Shown here in pieces: positions 63,388 through 64,000 of a stretch of DNA of 64,000 bases. Source of the stretch: a virus; IMG/VR virus record IMGVR_UViG_3300032087_005129. One strand, written 5' to 3'. Within the stretch, counting starts at the first letter, position 1. Each line of letters starts with the position of its first letter. Position numbers and translations under genes: made by a program. Below the pieces are notes generated by a model, which was not told where the DNA came from, ran no database searches, and saw only the letters and a program-made list of their open reading frames with translations.

Positions 63388-64000
63388 ATGAATCTACCAA
63401 CACCGTATCAAGACTTTATTCACCTTTCTCGATACTCAAGATGGCTTGAGAACGAAGATCGCAGAGAAAGTTGGGATGAAACTGTAAATCGTTTTATCGA
63501 ATTTTTTGAAAATCACATTTCTGAAAATCATAGTGATTTTAATTTTTCGAGGCATCGTGAAGCGATTCGCAAGTCTATACTTGGTCTTGAGGTAATGCCT
63601 TCGATGCGTGCATTGATGACGGCTGGACCTGCGTTGCTTCGTGATTCTGTTGCAGGCTATAACTGTTCATATCTTCATATCAATAAACCAAAATGTTTTG
63701 ACGAGATGATGTACATTCTCATGTGTGGTACAGGAGTTGGATTTAGTGTTGAAAGAAACTTTGTTGAAAAATTACCAACAATTGCAGAAGACTTTACTGA
63801 GAGCGAAACTACAATTGTCGTTGCGGATTCTAAAATTGGCTGGGCAAAAGCCTATCGAGAACTCATCTCGCTACTTATTGGAGGTCAGGTGCCAAAGTGG
63901 GACTTATCAAAGATTCGTCCTGCTGGGGCAAGACTTCGAACCTTTGGTGGACGAGCGTCGGGTCCTAAACCTTTGGATGAACTTTTCCACTTTACCGTTG
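63388..64000 (+). CDS. nrdJ: Class II (adenosylcobalamin-dependent) ribonucleotide reductase, 5' part
   Basis: Translated by eye: MNLPTPYQDFIHLSRYSRW...VMPSMRALMTAG...AGYNCSY...LMCGTGVGFSVE; runs off the window. Confidence 0.88.
   Translation, partial: MNLPTPYQDFIHLSRYSRWLENEDRRESWDETVNRFIEFFENHISENHSDFNFSRHREAIRKSILGLEVMPSMRALMTAGPALLRDSVAGYNCSYLHINKPKCFDEMMYILMCGTGVGFSVERNFVEKLPTIAEDFTESETTIVVADSKIGWAKAYRELISLLIGGQVPKWDLSKIRPAGARLRTFGGRASGPKPLDELFHFTV

Overview
This window is part of a T4-like (myovirus, Straboviridae/Kyanoviridae-type) dsDNA phage genome, read in the standard genetic code. Core replication genes are recognisable: gp45, gp44, gp62, regA, gp43 and gp61. It also carries dUTPase, thyX, the 5' part of a class II ribonucleotide reductase, a DNA methyltransferase, five tRNAs, T4-type late promoters ((T/A)ATAAATA) and sigma70-type early promoters with a consistent 16-bp spacer. 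Dockerin-like C-termini and a PEP-CTERM-like tail suggest a Planctomycetota (Phycisphaerae-like) host, which is an inference. The main unexplained pattern is a large set of late-expressed proteins with N-terminal leaders resembling the T4 capsid-targeting sequence and ending in a prohead-protease-type (I/L/V)-x-E site. Several of these, above all an 894-aa ORF, are strings of unrelated 55-140 aa modules separated by a recurrent double-Glu linker. They look like head-packaged polyproteins of injected effectors, assembled by shuffling of leader cassettes. Other points of interest are a divergent vWA/MoxR-AAA+ pair with a Fur-like palindrome and a free copy of the ATPase N-domain, a host-derived beta-helix + TonB module with Pho-box-like repeats, two tRNA-Leu genes lacking the long variable arm, an H-type pseudoknot, and arrays of unannotated membrane microproteins. 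All family assignments come from motif recognition by eye; no database searches were run.
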